A stretch of 64,000 bases of DNA from an uncultured Planctomycetia bacterium (GTDB taxonomy: Bacteria; Omnitrophota; Gorgyraeia; 2-02-FULL-51-18), in contig CAZXLF010000001.1 of assembly GCA_964642015.1 (NCBI GenBank), forward strand, positions 116,846 through 180,845. Reading direction: 5' to 3'. The notes under the pieces were generated by a model. It made no database searches and was not told where the DNA came from. It worked only from the letters and a program-made list of their open reading frames with translations. How positions within the stretch are numbered: position 1 is the first letter of the stretch; each line of letters begins with the position of its first letter. Both the position numbers and the translations under genes were made by a program. This document shows, piece after piece, positions 50,501 to 59,222 of the stretch.

Positions 50501-50696
50501 TAAAGAAGAGGAGCATGTGCACGCTTCGACGGTGGACGTTCCGACCTCCGGCACCGAAAATGCCGGCGCGTTGAACGACCATCTCGGAAAAATGATGGGT
50601 GATGCGCCGTTCTGTTCGCTGTGCGGGCATGTGACGGTGCGCAATGGGGCATGTTATAAGTGCCTGAATTGCGGAAATAGCATGGGATGTTCGTGA
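47526..50696 (+). CDS. nrdJ: Adenosylcobalamin-dependent ribonucleotide reductase, class II
   Basis: [23 protein letters not shown]...[29 protein letters not shown]-like domain and C-terminal CxxC...CxxC..GCS. Confidence 0.96.
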   Translation: MQNGSKVKSAAQGNATISGDMKGMKFERRYTKPSVNPLDAITYEKRSSVISNTDGSVVFKMENAEIPKSWSQLATDIVVSKYFRKAGVPHTGSEVSVRQVVHRIAHSLRKAGEDFGGYFRTTEDADTFEAELTHLLVTQKGAFNSPVWFNCGLAETYGIKTGSGGSYAWDFRKGAPNLTKDSYTHPQCSACFIQKVEDDLMSIFDLVKNEARLFKFGSGTGSNFSKIRGRQEKLSGGGTSSGLMSFLEVLDRGAGATKSGGTTRRAAKMVCLDMDHPEIADFINWKVREEKKVAALIAAGYSSDFNGEAYKTVSGQNSNNSVRISDDFMKAYLEGGQWQTRFRTTGEVSDTYEARDLMHQIAYAAWACADPGVQFDTTINDWHTSVNTDRINASNPCSEYMFLDDSACNLASINLMKFLNDDGTFDVESYRHACRIFITAQEILVDYSSYPTQAIAQNSHDYRPLGLGYANLGTLLMVKGIPYDSERAFAICGAITAITTGHGYRASAEIAKHKGPFPGYAHNAEPTLHVMKKHRDAAYKINEKACPSEMLKAAHEDWDEVVRLCEKYGVRNAQATVIAPTGTIGLLMDCDTTGIEPDFSLVKFKKLAGGGYFKIVNQSVTRALENLGYREDQIRDIVTYVTGTLTLDGTPHINPATLKERGFTDEDIEKVEGNIPGVFELQFAFNKWTLGEETMKRLGLKEEQYNDFNFNMLEALGFTDRQISEANDVVCGRMTIEGAPGLKSEHLPVFDCANKCGKYGKRFIAPMGHIRMMAAAQPFISGAISKTVNLPNEVTVEDIEKIYVESWKLGLKAVALYRDGCKLSQPLNSGASSGSKSDPAAEVEAVPSRHRLPKKRAGLTQEARIGGHKVYVRTGEYENGGLGEIFIDMHKEGAAYRSMMNCFAIAVSLGLQYGVPLQEYVDVFTFTRFEPSGPVDHPNIKFATSIVDYIFRLLAMEYLGRHDLVQVPPMGATTDVTLPPPTHKPKKQTHHPKEEEHVHASTVDVPTSGTENAGALNDHLGKMMGDAPFCSLCGHVTVRNGACYKCLNCGNSMGCS

Positions 50697-50723
50697 AACC
50701 CGTTTTTTAAGAGTAAGACCTTT

Positions 50724-50761
50724 AAGGGGCCCAAAGATATTCGGGCCCCTTTTTGTTTTTT
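50724..50761 (+). terminator. Rho-independent terminator after nrdJ
   Basis: AAGGGGCCC...GGGCCCCTT plus T run. Confidence 0.8.
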
Positions 50762-50788
50762 GATATTTAACTAACCGAAGGAGGAAAT

Positions 50789-50998
50789 ATGAAAAAAGTC
50801 GCGGTGTTCTTGTTGTTGATGGTGTTGGCAAGTCCGGTCTATGCGGACAGTTTCGCCGAACGTGAGGCCGATCGTTCAGGGCTTACGGGTACCGCGCATG
50901 CGATCGGAAATTCGATCATGGGTTTTTTTTCGTCGATCGGAGAATCTTTCCAAAAAGCATCTGCCGGAGCAGCGATCCACAGCGCTACCAAGAACTGA
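50789..50998 (+). CDS. Small secreted hypothetical protein
   Basis: AAGGAGG SD; signal peptide MKKVAVFLLLMVLASPVYA. Confidence 0.75.
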   Translation: MKKVAVFLLLMVLASPVYADSFAEREADRSGLTGTAHAIGNSIMGFFSSIGESFQKASAGAAIHSATKN

Positions 50999-51031
50999 TC
51001 TAATATCAAGGAAGGCCCTTATACGCCCCAT

Positions 51032-51094
51032 TCACATCAGTCCGAGCAGGGCGTAGAGCACGACAAATAAAAATAGCAGGATCGAGTTCTGCAT
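51032..51094 (-). CDS. 20-aa hydrophobic peptide MQNSILLFLFVVLYALLGLM, not in ORF track
   Basis: GGAGGA SD 6 nt before ATG; ECF-type promoter motif directly upstream on the same strand. Confidence 0.6.
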   Translation of the reverse strand: MQNSILLFLFVVLYALLGLM

Positions 51095-51116
51095 ATCATG
51101 TCCTCCGGTCTTGACG

Positions 51117-51147
51117 TTTAGACGTCGCGGCGGCCAAAAAGTGTCAA
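51117..51147 (-). promoter_or_regulatory. Putative ECF sigma promoter
   Basis: TTGACACTTTTTGG-N9-CGTCTAAA; the same motif recurs at 58507-58538. Confidence 0.65.
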
Positions 51148-51171
51148 AATTTCTGAACCAAGGGGAAGATC

Positions 51172-51750
51172 ATGACAAAGCCTAGGGTATTGGCATTTGC
51201 GGGAAGTTTGCGCAGGGATTCGTTCAATAAAAGACTCATAAAAGTCGCCGCTGACGGTGCCCGAAGCGCCGGAGCTGACGTGACCGTCATCGACTTGAAA
51301 GATTTTTCAATGCCGGTCTACGATGGCGATATTGAGGCGACAGAAGGTCTGCCTGTCAATGCGAAGAAGCTGAAAGAACTTTTTTTATCACACCAAGGCC
51401 TGCTTCTTTCCTGCCCCGAGTACAATAGCTCCATCACAGGCGTGCTAAAGAACACGATCGACTGGGTTTCGCGCCCGGCTTCGAAAGATGAGCCATCGCT
51501 TGCGTGTTTCACCGGAAAAACAGCGGCGCTTGTCAGCGCATCACCCGGAGCGCTTGGAGGTCTGCGCGGGCTTGTTCATGTACGAGCGATTTTATCGAAC
51601 ATCGGCGTGCTCGTGCTTCCTAGCCAAGCCGCTGTCGGCAAAGCGCATGAAGCGTTCGACGTAAACGGCGCTTTAAAGGATGCGAAACAGGATGCCGTTG
51701 TGCGGAATATCGGCGTCGAGCTGGCCAAAATCTTGGCGAAGCTCGCATAA
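51172..51750 (+). CDS. NAD(P)H-dependent FMN reductase (ChrR/SsuE-like)
   Basis: GSLRRDSFN, PEYNSSITGVLKNTIDW and SASPGALGGLRG. Confidence 0.92.
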   Translation: MTKPRVLAFAGSLRRDSFNKRLIKVAADGARSAGADVTVIDLKDFSMPVYDGDIEATEGLPVNAKKLKELFLSHQGLLLSCPEYNSSITGVLKNTIDWVSRPASKDEPSLACFTGKTAALVSASPGALGGLRGLVHVRAILSNIGVLVLPSQAAVGKAHEAFDVNGALKDAKQDAVVRNIGVELAKILAKLA

Positions 51751-51754
51751 TTTT

Positions 51755-52045
51755 ATGAGCAGAATTAAAATGAAAAGCGAAGCGCGGTCAATACCCAGGC
51801 CTTTCACGATGCATTGGGGAAAAGGCGAGATCATTGAGGAAGCGTCTTATTTGGGCAGATACCATGAACCTTCGATACAGCTGATGAAATATGAAGACGG
51901 ATCGGAGTCGATCCGGTTTTGTTATTACAGCAGCGGTCGGTTCCAGCGAAGTCCTTTGATGATCTCGAAAGAAGAGATCAAGAAAATGAAAGCGGCTTTA
52001 AGCAAGACACCTCGTTTAAGAAGCTTTCTCAAAGCGCTTGTTTAA
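51755..52045 (+). CDS. Hypothetical protein
   Basis: ORF between the FMN reductase and gpx; ATG 51755 (or 51770) avoids overlap. Confidence 0.65.
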   Translation: MSRIKMKSEARSIPRPFTMHWGKGEIIEEASYLGRYHEPSIQLMKYEDGSESIRFCYYSSGRFQRSPLMISKEEIKKMKAALSKTPRLRSFLKALV

Positions 52046-52064
52046 ATCCTAAAGGAGAAGTTCA

Positions 52065-52637
52065 ATGACGGTCTTATCAAAGAACTTGGCGGTCTTATTG
52101 GTATGTTCCATTTTCATAGTATTTTTTTCAGTAACGGAGGCGGAAGCAATGGAAAAAAGCATTCTTTCATTTAGCGCCAAAACGATGGACGGCGGCCAGC
52201 AAAATCTCGCTGACTATAGGGGAAAGGCGCTTCTTGTCGTGAACACGGCCTCACGCTGCGGTTTCACTCCGCAGTACCGGTCGCTCGAGTCGCTTTATGA
52301 AAAATACAAGGACAAAGGTTTCGAAGTGCTCGCGTTCCCTGCCAACAATTTTATGAATCAGGAGCCCGGCACAGACAAGGAGATCCGGGATTTCTGCTCG
52401 ACCAAATTCCACGTCACTTTCCCGGTATTTTCCAAGATCAGCGTGAAAGGGAAGGACATCGATCCGCTTTACCAGTACCTTACGACCGAATCAGGTTTCA
52501 ATGGCTCGATCAGCTGGAATTTTAACAAGTTCCTCGTTGGTCCGGATGGCAAAGTGGTCGCTCGATTCGGTTCTGCGGACGACCCTCTGTCAGAGAAAGT
52601 ACAGTCAAAGGTACGGGAGGTGTTGCGACTTCCATGA
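52065..52637 (+). CDS. Cys-type glutathione peroxidase family protein, exported
   Basis: VNTASRCGFTPQY, FPANNFMNQEPG and WNFNKFL; signal peptide. Confidence 0.93.
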   Translation: MTVLSKNLAVLLVCSIFIVFFSVTEAEAMEKSILSFSAKTMDGGQQNLADYRGKALLVVNTASRCGFTPQYRSLESLYEKYKDKGFEVLAFPANNFMNQEPGTDKEIRDFCSTKFHVTFPVFSKISVKGKDIDPLYQYLTTESGFNGSISWNFNKFLVGPDGKVVARFGSADDPLSEKVQSKVREVLRLP

Positions 52638-52999
52638 AAATGCTGAGAAAGATCCATTTGTATCTGGGCTGTCTGTTTTCTCCGATGCTTCTTTTTTTCG
52701 TGATCAGCGGATGCTGGCAGACTTTCCGGCTGAATGACGCCAAAAAAGACGGCAGTTATGCACCCCCAGAGATCATAAAAATATTATCCGCGGTCCACAC
52801 GCATGATTCGCTCGCTTGGAAAGCGCCGTCGTCGGAACCGTTCAAATTATTTGTATTGGGGATGGCAGGATCTTTTCTTATCACGGTTATTCTTGGTTTA
52901 GTCCTCGCCTTTCAAGTGTCAAAGAAAAATCCTTGGGTCGTGTGGGCTTGCCTTGTTACGGGAATTTTACTGCCGATGGTGTTTTTGAGGCTTAGTTAA
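52634..52999 (+). CDS. PepSY-associated TM-type membrane protein
   Basis: LRKIHLYLG...FFVISG and three TM helices; ATGA overlap with gpx. Confidence 0.65.
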   Translation: MKMLRKIHLYLGCLFSPMLLFFVISGCWQTFRLNDAKKDGSYAPPEIIKILSAVHTHDSLAWKAPSSEPFKLFVLGMAGSFLITVILGLVLAFQVSKKNPWVVWACLVTGILLPMVFLRLS

Positions 53000-53045
53000 C
53001 GTACGTGTATTATGGTGATGAGGCGGGGTTGTGGCTAGAATGTTC

Positions 53046-53114
53046 GGGCAACACAGCCATGAATATGACTGTAAAATAGCTCAAACCGCAACGGATCGCG
53101 GGAATTGCGGTGCC
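53046..53114 (+). ncRNA. Candidate structured 5' leader (two hairpins joined by AAA)
   Basis: GGGC-AAC-ACAGCCAT-GAAT-ATGACTGT-AAAATA-GCTC, AAA, CCGCAA...TTGCGG-TGCC; lies between TAGAAT (53036) and the SD AAGGAG. Confidence 0.3.
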
Positions 53115-53131
53115 AAGAAAGGAGATCTCTT

Positions 53132-54142
53132 ATGGGGATGATCATTGTTCTTGTCACGTCGCTGATCACTTCTTTTGCTTTTTCAAATCTGACGCATTTG
53201 CCCCGCACGGACATGGCGGCGTTGGCAATGAATAGCGGCCGCGTGCTGAGCTCGCATCACCGGTATAAACCTTCCTCTCGGGTCAGCGTCATCGTCGATA
53301 TTGACGGGCTTGACCACCCGACGGCCGATAACACGCATCCTCCGAAACGCGATAGAAGCAGGGAAATATTACTGTCATCTGCGATTTCCCCCGAAGGCAA
53401 TATGGAAAAGACAGCGGAAAAAAAGACACAAGCCGAGGCTTATGCGGCTCAAACCCGCTCGGTCCCTGATGATGCCAATTCGGGAAAGATTGAGCAAAAA
53501 AAAGCACAGGCCGAGTTTCAAGAAGCTCAAGCCTCTTCGATCCCTCAAACGTCGAATGATATTTCCAGACCGAATCTTCAGAATCCGCCTGTTTTGACCG
53601 CCCAGACGTCCAACAATGTTCCCGAATCAAGTGTTCAAAACCCACCGCCGGCTCCGATGCAGGAAACGGCCTTGCAGATGCTGAGTGAGCAGCATCAAGC
53701 GGCAAACGCTTCTTTGCCATCTTATGCGGCCATTCATAATATCCCGCCGAAATATTTTGCTGAGAGCGCAGTTGTTCGATCCACGCCGCCAATGCAGACG
53801 CCTGTTATGCAGACGCCCATACATCAATATCAAATTGAAACGGCACCTTTGCCTATCCCTGTGCAAAATGCCGCGCCGAAACCTCTGCTTAAGACCAGAG
53901 TTGTGAGATCTAAACCTCATCAGCTGAGTCTTGGACGAAAGGTCAGGGATGCGATCTTAAAATATCCTCGGCTTTCCAAATCCATCCGTCTTACTCTGAG
54001 AGTGACTTCCTCGAAGGATAAAGTGACGCTCAACGGCATTGTAGCGAGCAAAAGGGAAAGAGTGCGGATCGGCAGGTTGACCCGGCAGATCGTCAAATCC
54101 AAGAAAATAGAGAACCGGTTGGTTGTGGTAAGCCGTAGATAA
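53132..54142 (+). CDS. Exported protein with P/Q/S/T-rich linker and C-terminal BON domain
   Basis: N-terminal hydrophobic segment; KVTLNGIVAS...KKIENRLVV; AAGGAG SD before ATG 53132. Confidence 0.75.
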   Translation: MGMIIVLVTSLITSFAFSNLTHLPRTDMAALAMNSGRVLSSHHRYKPSSRVSVIVDIDGLDHPTADNTHPPKRDRSREILLSSAISPEGNMEKTAEKKTQAEAYAAQTRSVPDDANSGKIEQKKAQAEFQEAQASSIPQTSNDISRPNLQNPPVLTAQTSNNVPESSVQNPPPAPMQETALQMLSEQHQAANASLPSYAAIHNIPPKYFAESAVVRSTPPMQTPVMQTPIHQYQIETAPLPIPVQNAAPKPLLKTRVVRSKPHQLSLGRKVRDAILKYPRLSKSIRLTLRVTSSKDKVTLNGIVASKRERVRIGRLTRQIVKSKKIENRLVVVSRR

Positions 54143-54305
54143 GTGGGTCGCACAAAAAACCGAGAAAAATTTCTGGGTCGTGCAGGCTTGCTTGGTGACG
54201 AGCGTTTTATTGCCCGCGCTGTTTTTTGAGATCAAGATAAGCATCTGCCGTCTCCGCGATTTTTTGGTGCGGAACGGTCTCCGGCGCGTGAGAATGCTGA
54301 AATAT

Positions 54306-55283
54306 ATGAAAAAGACGATAGCTTTGATCTTTGTGTTCAACTTTTCTCTTGCGATCGCGCACGCCGGATCGTCGCAGGTATGGTTTTATCCGAACGGCGG
54401 GAGCAAAGATGAATTGAACCTTTTTTCGAAGCCTGATCAATGGACGAACGCCAGAAACAAGATCCAGGTCTTTGGCTTCAATGAATTTCAGCTTATCGCG
54501 GATTCATCGAACGACTGCGCCAAGACGAAATGCGGCGATAATTTCTATGAAAATTTCATGAATGTAAAAGCATTTTCACAACTAAGCGCGTGGGGAATAA
54601 AAATTTCTATAGGCGGAGGCGCTATCAAGCCATGGGATTGTACCGCGAGCGACCGCGCCAGACTTTATATCAGGAAGGCGATAGACCGGGTCGAAAAAGG
54701 CGGCGGAAAGGTGAGCTACGTCGATCTGGATGAGCCTTTGTTCAGCGCCGGAGAAAAATGCGCTCTTTCCATGGATGCGGCGGCCGCTAAGACAGCGGAT
54801 TTTATGAGGGATATCCAAACGGCTTATCCTTCCGTAGGGATAGGTGAGGATGAACCTTATCCCTCTTTTAGTGCGCAGACGATCAAGCAGTGGATCCTGG
54901 CCTTGAAGGCGAGCGGGGCGAAGCCCGCCTTTTTTCATCTGGATGTGAATCGCGCGGCCGCCGCCAAGAAGATCCCGGACACGATGGCGAATGACATCCG
55001 CGATCTCAAAGCGTTTTTTGATCAGCAAGGGATCCCGTTCGGCGTGATATTTTTCGGGCTTGGCCGTTTTGACCGCGATCAGGATTATTATAAGGATGTG
55101 ATGAGCTGGGTGAACTATGTTCATTCTGTCATCGGACGGCCGGAGCAAATCATTTTTCAGAGTTGGTGTCTCAGCTCTTCAGGGTCGAAGGATATTCCTT
55201 CCAATCTCCCTGAATCCGGACCCAACGTTTACAGTCACGCGAGGATCATTAATGATGGTTTGGCGGTGCTTCAGGCGGAATAG
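54306..55283 (+). CDS. Secreted hypothetical protein, possible glycoside hydrolase-like TIM barrel
   Basis: Signal peptide MKKTIALIF...AHA; alternating beta/alpha pattern with LDEP, EPYP, FFHLD and FQSW. Confidence 0.6.
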   Translation: MKKTIALIFVFNFSLAIAHAGSSQVWFYPNGGSKDELNLFSKPDQWTNARNKIQVFGFNEFQLIADSSNDCAKTKCGDNFYENFMNVKAFSQLSAWGIKISIGGGAIKPWDCTASDRARLYIRKAIDRVEKGGGKVSYVDLDEPLFSAGEKCALSMDAAAAKTADFMRDIQTAYPSVGIGEDEPYPSFSAQTIKQWILALKASGAKPAFFHLDVNRAAAAKKIPDTMANDIRDLKAFFDQQGIPFGVIFFGLGRFDRDQDYYKDVMSWVNYVHSVIGRPEQIIFQSWCLSSSGSKDIPSNLPESGPNVYSHARIINDGLAVLQAE

Positions 55284-55358
55284 CGGAAAGATGTCCGGCA
55301 AACAAGATGGGGATTGGGACGGGGTTCGGTAGATTATCTGAAAGTGATCGAAAAATTT

Positions 55359-56579
55359 ATGAGTCGAATGTTCTTCAAAGCAGTTCTCACCTCATTCTTT
55401 TTTATTTCGTATGGAATGTGCGAGAACATTGCCATTGCCCAAACAGATATCTCGACTGTTGACCTTAAAATCACGGGCTCACCGGAGACGGTTTTTGATT
55501 GGCAGAAGGATGCTTGTGAACCGATGGACATTCCGGATATGCCGGCTCATGCTTTTCGGGATAATAATGGACGTATCCAGCTTATCGCTTCCCATTTTAT
55601 AACTCGTCGCATGATAGGACGAGACTTAAACCATCTTACGCATGATTGCAAGGTCCTTATGAGTTCCAACAAAGATCCTGACCCTTCAAAGTTTGATGAC
55701 AAAGAGTGGCTGAACTCGACTTACACGCTTGATGGCAAAACCATCTACGCTTTGGTTCATAATGAGTATCATGGTTGGGAACACCCAGGCTACTGTTCTT
55801 CCGATAAATTTACTTACGGCTGCTGGTACGCCGCTGTTACCTCAGCTGTTTCAATAGACAGCGGGGAGTCTTATACCCGTCTTCCAGCTCCACAGCACTT
55901 GGTGGCGACCATGCCATATCGTTATCAGCCAGGAATAGGCCCGGTCGGCATCAACGATACCACCAATATTTTTTATAATGAAAAAGACGGTTACTATTAT
56001 GTTTTGGCAACATCTCGCAAACAATATCAAGTCCACCCCAGGGGCGTGTGCCTGATGCGAACAAAAGATCTGGCTGACCCGGCTTCTTGGAGAGCATGGG
56101 ACGGAAAAAATTTCAGCGTCCAATTTATTGATCCTTATCTTCATCCGGATGCTCGTCCGGAAGAACATATTTTTCGATCGGTACAGCAAGACGATCTTGG
56201 CATCCCGGGCCCCTCCAATTTAACTTTTAACACCTACCTCAACCGCTTTATGCTCCTCGGGATTGGATGGACCAAAGACGTCAGTATAAATAAATACGTC
56301 TGGGGAATTTGTTATTCTTTTTCAAATGATCTGGTTCATTGGACGCCGCGTAAGCTTTTATGGAAAAGTCAAAACTTAATCAAGCTTCAACCGGGTAATC
56401 CTGAGGCAGATGCTTATCCTTCAGCCATTGACCCTGACAGCCCTTCTAGAAATTTTGATACTACGGGGAAAACGTTCTCACTCTACTACACGCGTTTTAA
56501 TTATACCCGGCCCAATTATAAAGCGAATTGGGGACTTGACCGAGATCTTGTTCGTGTTGCTATTGAGGTCACTGATTAA
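55359..56579 (+). CDS. Secreted hypothetical protein, probable beta-propeller (glycosidase-like)
   Basis: Signal peptide; Asp-box-like SIDSGESY and FSNDLVHWT; AYPSAID. Confidence 0.6.
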   Translation: MSRMFFKAVLTSFFFISYGMCENIAIAQTDISTVDLKITGSPETVFDWQKDACEPMDIPDMPAHAFRDNNGRIQLIASHFITRRMIGRDLNHLTHDCKVLMSSNKDPDPSKFDDKEWLNSTYTLDGKTIYALVHNEYHGWEHPGYCSSDKFTYGCWYAAVTSAVSIDSGESYTRLPAPQHLVATMPYRYQPGIGPVGINDTTNIFYNEKDGYYYVLATSRKQYQVHPRGVCLMRTKDLADPASWRAWDGKNFSVQFIDPYLHPDARPEEHIFRSVQQDDLGIPGPSNLTFNTYLNRFMLLGIGWTKDVSINKYVWGICYSFSNDLVHWTPRKLLWKSQNLIKLQPGNPEADAYPSAIDPDSPSRNFDTTGKTFSLYYTRFNYTRPNYKANWGLDRDLVRVAIEVTD

Positions 56580-56591
56580 ATGTTTGGTAGA

Positions 56592-56759
56592 ATGTTAGAG
56601 AAAAACCACCAGTTGTTCTATAAACAAATATGCTTCGCAAATGCCGCTAACGCGGCTCGCGATCGGCTGATACCAACCGCTTTCGAGCGGGGAAAAGTTA
56701 ACGTGTCCTCAAAATGGGAATGGGAAAGCTGTTTGGCAAATGTATCGCTGAAAAGGTAG
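56592..56759 (+). pseudogene. Possible remnant of a type I R-M specificity subunit (HsdS) C-terminus
   Basis: Translates ...LFYKQI...ARDRLIP...GKVNVS. An adjacent frame reads LSSGE, resembling RDxLLPxLxSGxIxV. Confidence 0.4.
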
Positions 56760-56765
56760 ATATAA

Positions 56766-57515
56766 ATGACTAAGATACCCGAAGTTACAATACCTTCGTT
56801 AAAGAAATACATTGGATATTTAGAAAATCATCATATAGATAAATTAGTGTTGTTTCGAGGGCAACGTGAAGACAAACATTTGCTCCCAAAGATTGCTCGA
56901 ATTAAGTTAAATTATAGAAATAAAATGATTTTAGATGCAGAGCAACGTCTAATCGATGAATTCAAAAGAAAAAGTCGACCATTCCTACAAGTTACACCAA
57001 ATTCCGATTGGGATTGGCTAGCCTTGGCTCAACATCATGGGTTGGCCACAAGACTATTAGATTGGACCCAGAATCCACTAGCGGGATTATGGTTTGCAGT
57101 TAGAAAACCTCCGGAAAAAGATATTTCTGGAACCGTCAAAGATGGGGTAGTTTGGGTTTTTGAAGTCGAAAATGAAAACATCTATAAAGAAGAAGATAAC
57201 TTGAGCCCATTTAATGGAGACCGGACAATGGTTTTTCAGCCAAATCATATTTCTCCACGAATTGTAGGTCAGCAAGGATGGTTTACGGTGCATAAGTATG
57301 TTCCAAAAATAGAAAAATTCATTGCGTTTGAAATACATCTTACGTACAAGAAATTTTTAACCAAACTTATTATACCAGGAGATAAATTCTGTGAAATTAG
57401 GGAGGAATTAGATCGCTGTGGCATAAATCAAGCATCTCTTTTTCCAGATTTAGATGGTTTGTGCGCATATTTGGTATGGGACAATTCAATGTTATCTGAT
57501 GAAAAAAACATTTAA
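56766..57515 (+). CDS. FRG domain protein
   Basis: LFRGQ, LALAQHHGLATRLLDWTQNPL..LWFA, RIVGQQGWF and GINQASLFPDLDGL; AT-rich. Confidence 0.92.
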   Translation: MTKIPEVTIPSLKKYIGYLENHHIDKLVLFRGQREDKHLLPKIARIKLNYRNKMILDAEQRLIDEFKRKSRPFLQVTPNSDWDWLALAQHHGLATRLLDWTQNPLAGLWFAVRKPPEKDISGTVKDGVVWVFEVENENIYKEEDNLSPFNGDRTMVFQPNHISPRIVGQQGWFTVHKYVPKIEKFIAFEIHLTYKKFLTKLIIPGDKFCEIREELDRCGINQASLFPDLDGLCAYLVWDNSMLSDEKNI

Positions 57516-57634
57516 GAATATAATTACTCTACCGTCCGACAGGGGAGATATTGGTTCAATATACAACAGTAGACCGGGCGCCGTCCGGTGGGGAAGCATT
57601 GAATAATCGAACATGAAAATAATTTATTCTAAGC

Positions 57635-58153
57635 ATGTATGAATTTCAAACGCTCGATATTTTACTTTATCGCGGACGTGGGTTCAGCGCTTGGTTTATT
57701 AAGGCGCTGACACGAAGCAAATATAGCCATGTCGCAATCGTTGTGAATCCTTCCATAAATCTGGGAATCGAATCCAATACCGGACATCAGGCCGGTGTAA
57801 GAGCATTTGATCTGCGTAAGCTTAATATGAGTTCGGTAGATGCATTTCGACTCAAATCTCAGTATGTGGTAGATTCAAAGGTCGTGATTTCCTATCTTGT
57901 TGACCATCTTGGTGCGAAATACGATTATCTCGGAGTATTTTTTCTTGGAATTTTGAAGCTTCTCAGCCTTTTAACATTTATGCTCTGGCGGCCGCATAAT
58001 TGGTGGCAAAGACGGCAAGATTATTTTTGCAGTGAGCTTGTCTGGGAAGCTTTTGCTTCGGATGGCATCGACATAGTTCCGCAAACAGGCGCAGGCGATA
58101 TTACATCGCCGGGTGATATCGCATCTAGCAACATGGTTGAGAAAGTGTCTTAA
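57635..58153 (+). CDS. Permuted papain-like amidase (YiiX/YebB, NlpC/P60 superfamily)
   Basis: DILL, YSHVAIV, GAKYD and YFCSELV. Confidence 0.85.
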   Translation: MYEFQTLDILLYRGRGFSAWFIKALTRSKYSHVAIVVNPSINLGIESNTGHQAGVRAFDLRKLNMSSVDAFRLKSQYVVDSKVVISYLVDHLGAKYDYLGVFFLGILKLLSLLTFMLWRPHNWWQRRQDYFCSELVWEAFASDGIDIVPQTGAGDITSPGDIASSNMVEKVS

Positions 58154-58156
58154 TAG

Positions 58157-58510
58157 ATGAGGACAATTTTACAGCGGTTCATCTTTATATTTTTTACCCT
58201 ATTAACTTTATCTTCTCTTGCATTTGCTGTGGAAATACGGGAAAGTCAGCTGGACGAGGTTAAGCTTGGTATGAGCAAAAACAAGATCATCGCCTTATTG
58301 GGTGAGCCGGATGCGATAAGCGCTGAAGGTGGCCGCACGGACGGCAAAACTTTTGAGAGGATCGAATATAGCATTGTTAGCCGCGCCAAACCGCCAAAAG
58401 AGGGCGGGGAAGATACAGGAGAGCAGTTAGTGACGTATACTTGCTTTTTTGAAATGGCGGATGGGGTACTGGTAAGGATCGGCAGACAAGAGCGCGAAGA
58501 ATCACCTTGA
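58157..58510 (+). CDS. Exported SmpA/OmlA (BamE-like) domain protein
   Basis: Signal peptide; VKLGMSKNKIIALLGEP. Confidence 0.7.
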   Translation: MRTILQRFIFIFFTLLTLSSLAFAVEIRESQLDEVKLGMSKNKIIALLGEPDAISAEGGRTDGKTFERIEYSIVSRAKPPKEGGEDTGEQLVTYTCFFEMADGVLVRIGRQEREESP

Positions 58511-58538
58511 CACTTTTTGGGTGGACTCGGCGTCTAAA
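58507..58538 (+). promoter_or_regulatory. Putative ECF sigma promoter
   Basis: TTGACACTTTTTGG-N10-CGTCTAAA, 50 nt before ATG 58589; twin of 51117-51147. Confidence 0.65.
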
Positions 58539-58588
58539 TAGGCAGATACACAAAATTTTAGAGGCAAATAAGCCAAAGGAGAGCTAAA

Positions 58589-59197
58589 ATGAGCGCAAAA
58601 AATTCAAAGAAATTGATGTTAGTTATTGTAACAGCAGGACTTATAGCGTTTTCTCAAAGCAATGCGTTTGCGGATGACTGGTTGTCATCCTTGTTTGGGA
58701 GTCCTTCCAACAACAACTCACAAAACAATTCCTCCGGCTCTTATGATCAGAAGCAGATCCAGGCCGATCAGAATGCTGCGCAGGGTTTTATAGGAGCGAT
58801 CAACGCGGATAACCAGAACATCTCGAACGCCCGTTTGAAACTTGAGCAGGACCGCAGAGCAGGGGTGGATATCACAACCGACAGACAGGCGTTGCAGACC
58901 GCGATTCAAAATTTACAGATGGATCAAGGCCGCGCGAACGCAAATGCCCAAGATCTGACAAGGGAAGGTGTCGGCAATCCTTATGGCAGTCTTCTTAATA
59001 CACCGACTTATGGATACAATAACGGATACAATCGCAATGGGTATTATACAGGTTATGCGCAAAATTATCCGGGATATGCCTCGGCCGGCCCTGATCAAAG
59101 ATGGCAGCACGGTTGGGATCACCGGTATGAGAATGGCTATCGGTACAACAACGAAAGACGGCATTGGGATCCAAGAGTCCAAAGGTGGGCTGAATAA
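58589..59197 (+). CDS. Secreted hypothetical protein (coiled coil plus Y/G/N/R-rich tail)
   Basis: AAGGAG SD; signal peptide ending AFA. Confidence 0.75.
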   Translation: MSAKNSKKLMLVIVTAGLIAFSQSNAFADDWLSSLFGSPSNNNSQNNSSGSYDQKQIQADQNAAQGFIGAINADNQNISNARLKLEQDRRAGVDITTDRQALQTAIQNLQMDQGRANANAQDLTREGVGNPYGSLLNTPTYGYNNGYNRNGYYTGYAQNYPGYASAGPDQRWQHGWDHRYENGYRYNNERRHWDPRVQRWAE

Positions 59198-59222
59198 AAA
59201 ATAGCCGGATCGGAAAAACAAC

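Noticed and set aside
54147-54272. CGCACAAAAAA ... TTTTTTGGTGCG inverted ends as a MITE
   Set aside because: The match is short and low-complexity, with no target-site duplication or second copy seen.
56642-56703. CGCTAAC...GTTAACG as an attC site before FRG
   Set aside because: Neither end fits RYYYAAC/GTTRRRY and there is no L-box stem. An HsdS-like coding remnant explains the region better.
57529-57600. GCCGTCCG... as a ZTP or guanidine riboswitch
   Set aside because: The conserved GACUGGCG/CGCCUGGG pseudoknot and guanidine motifs are absent; only a short imperfect direct repeat is present.
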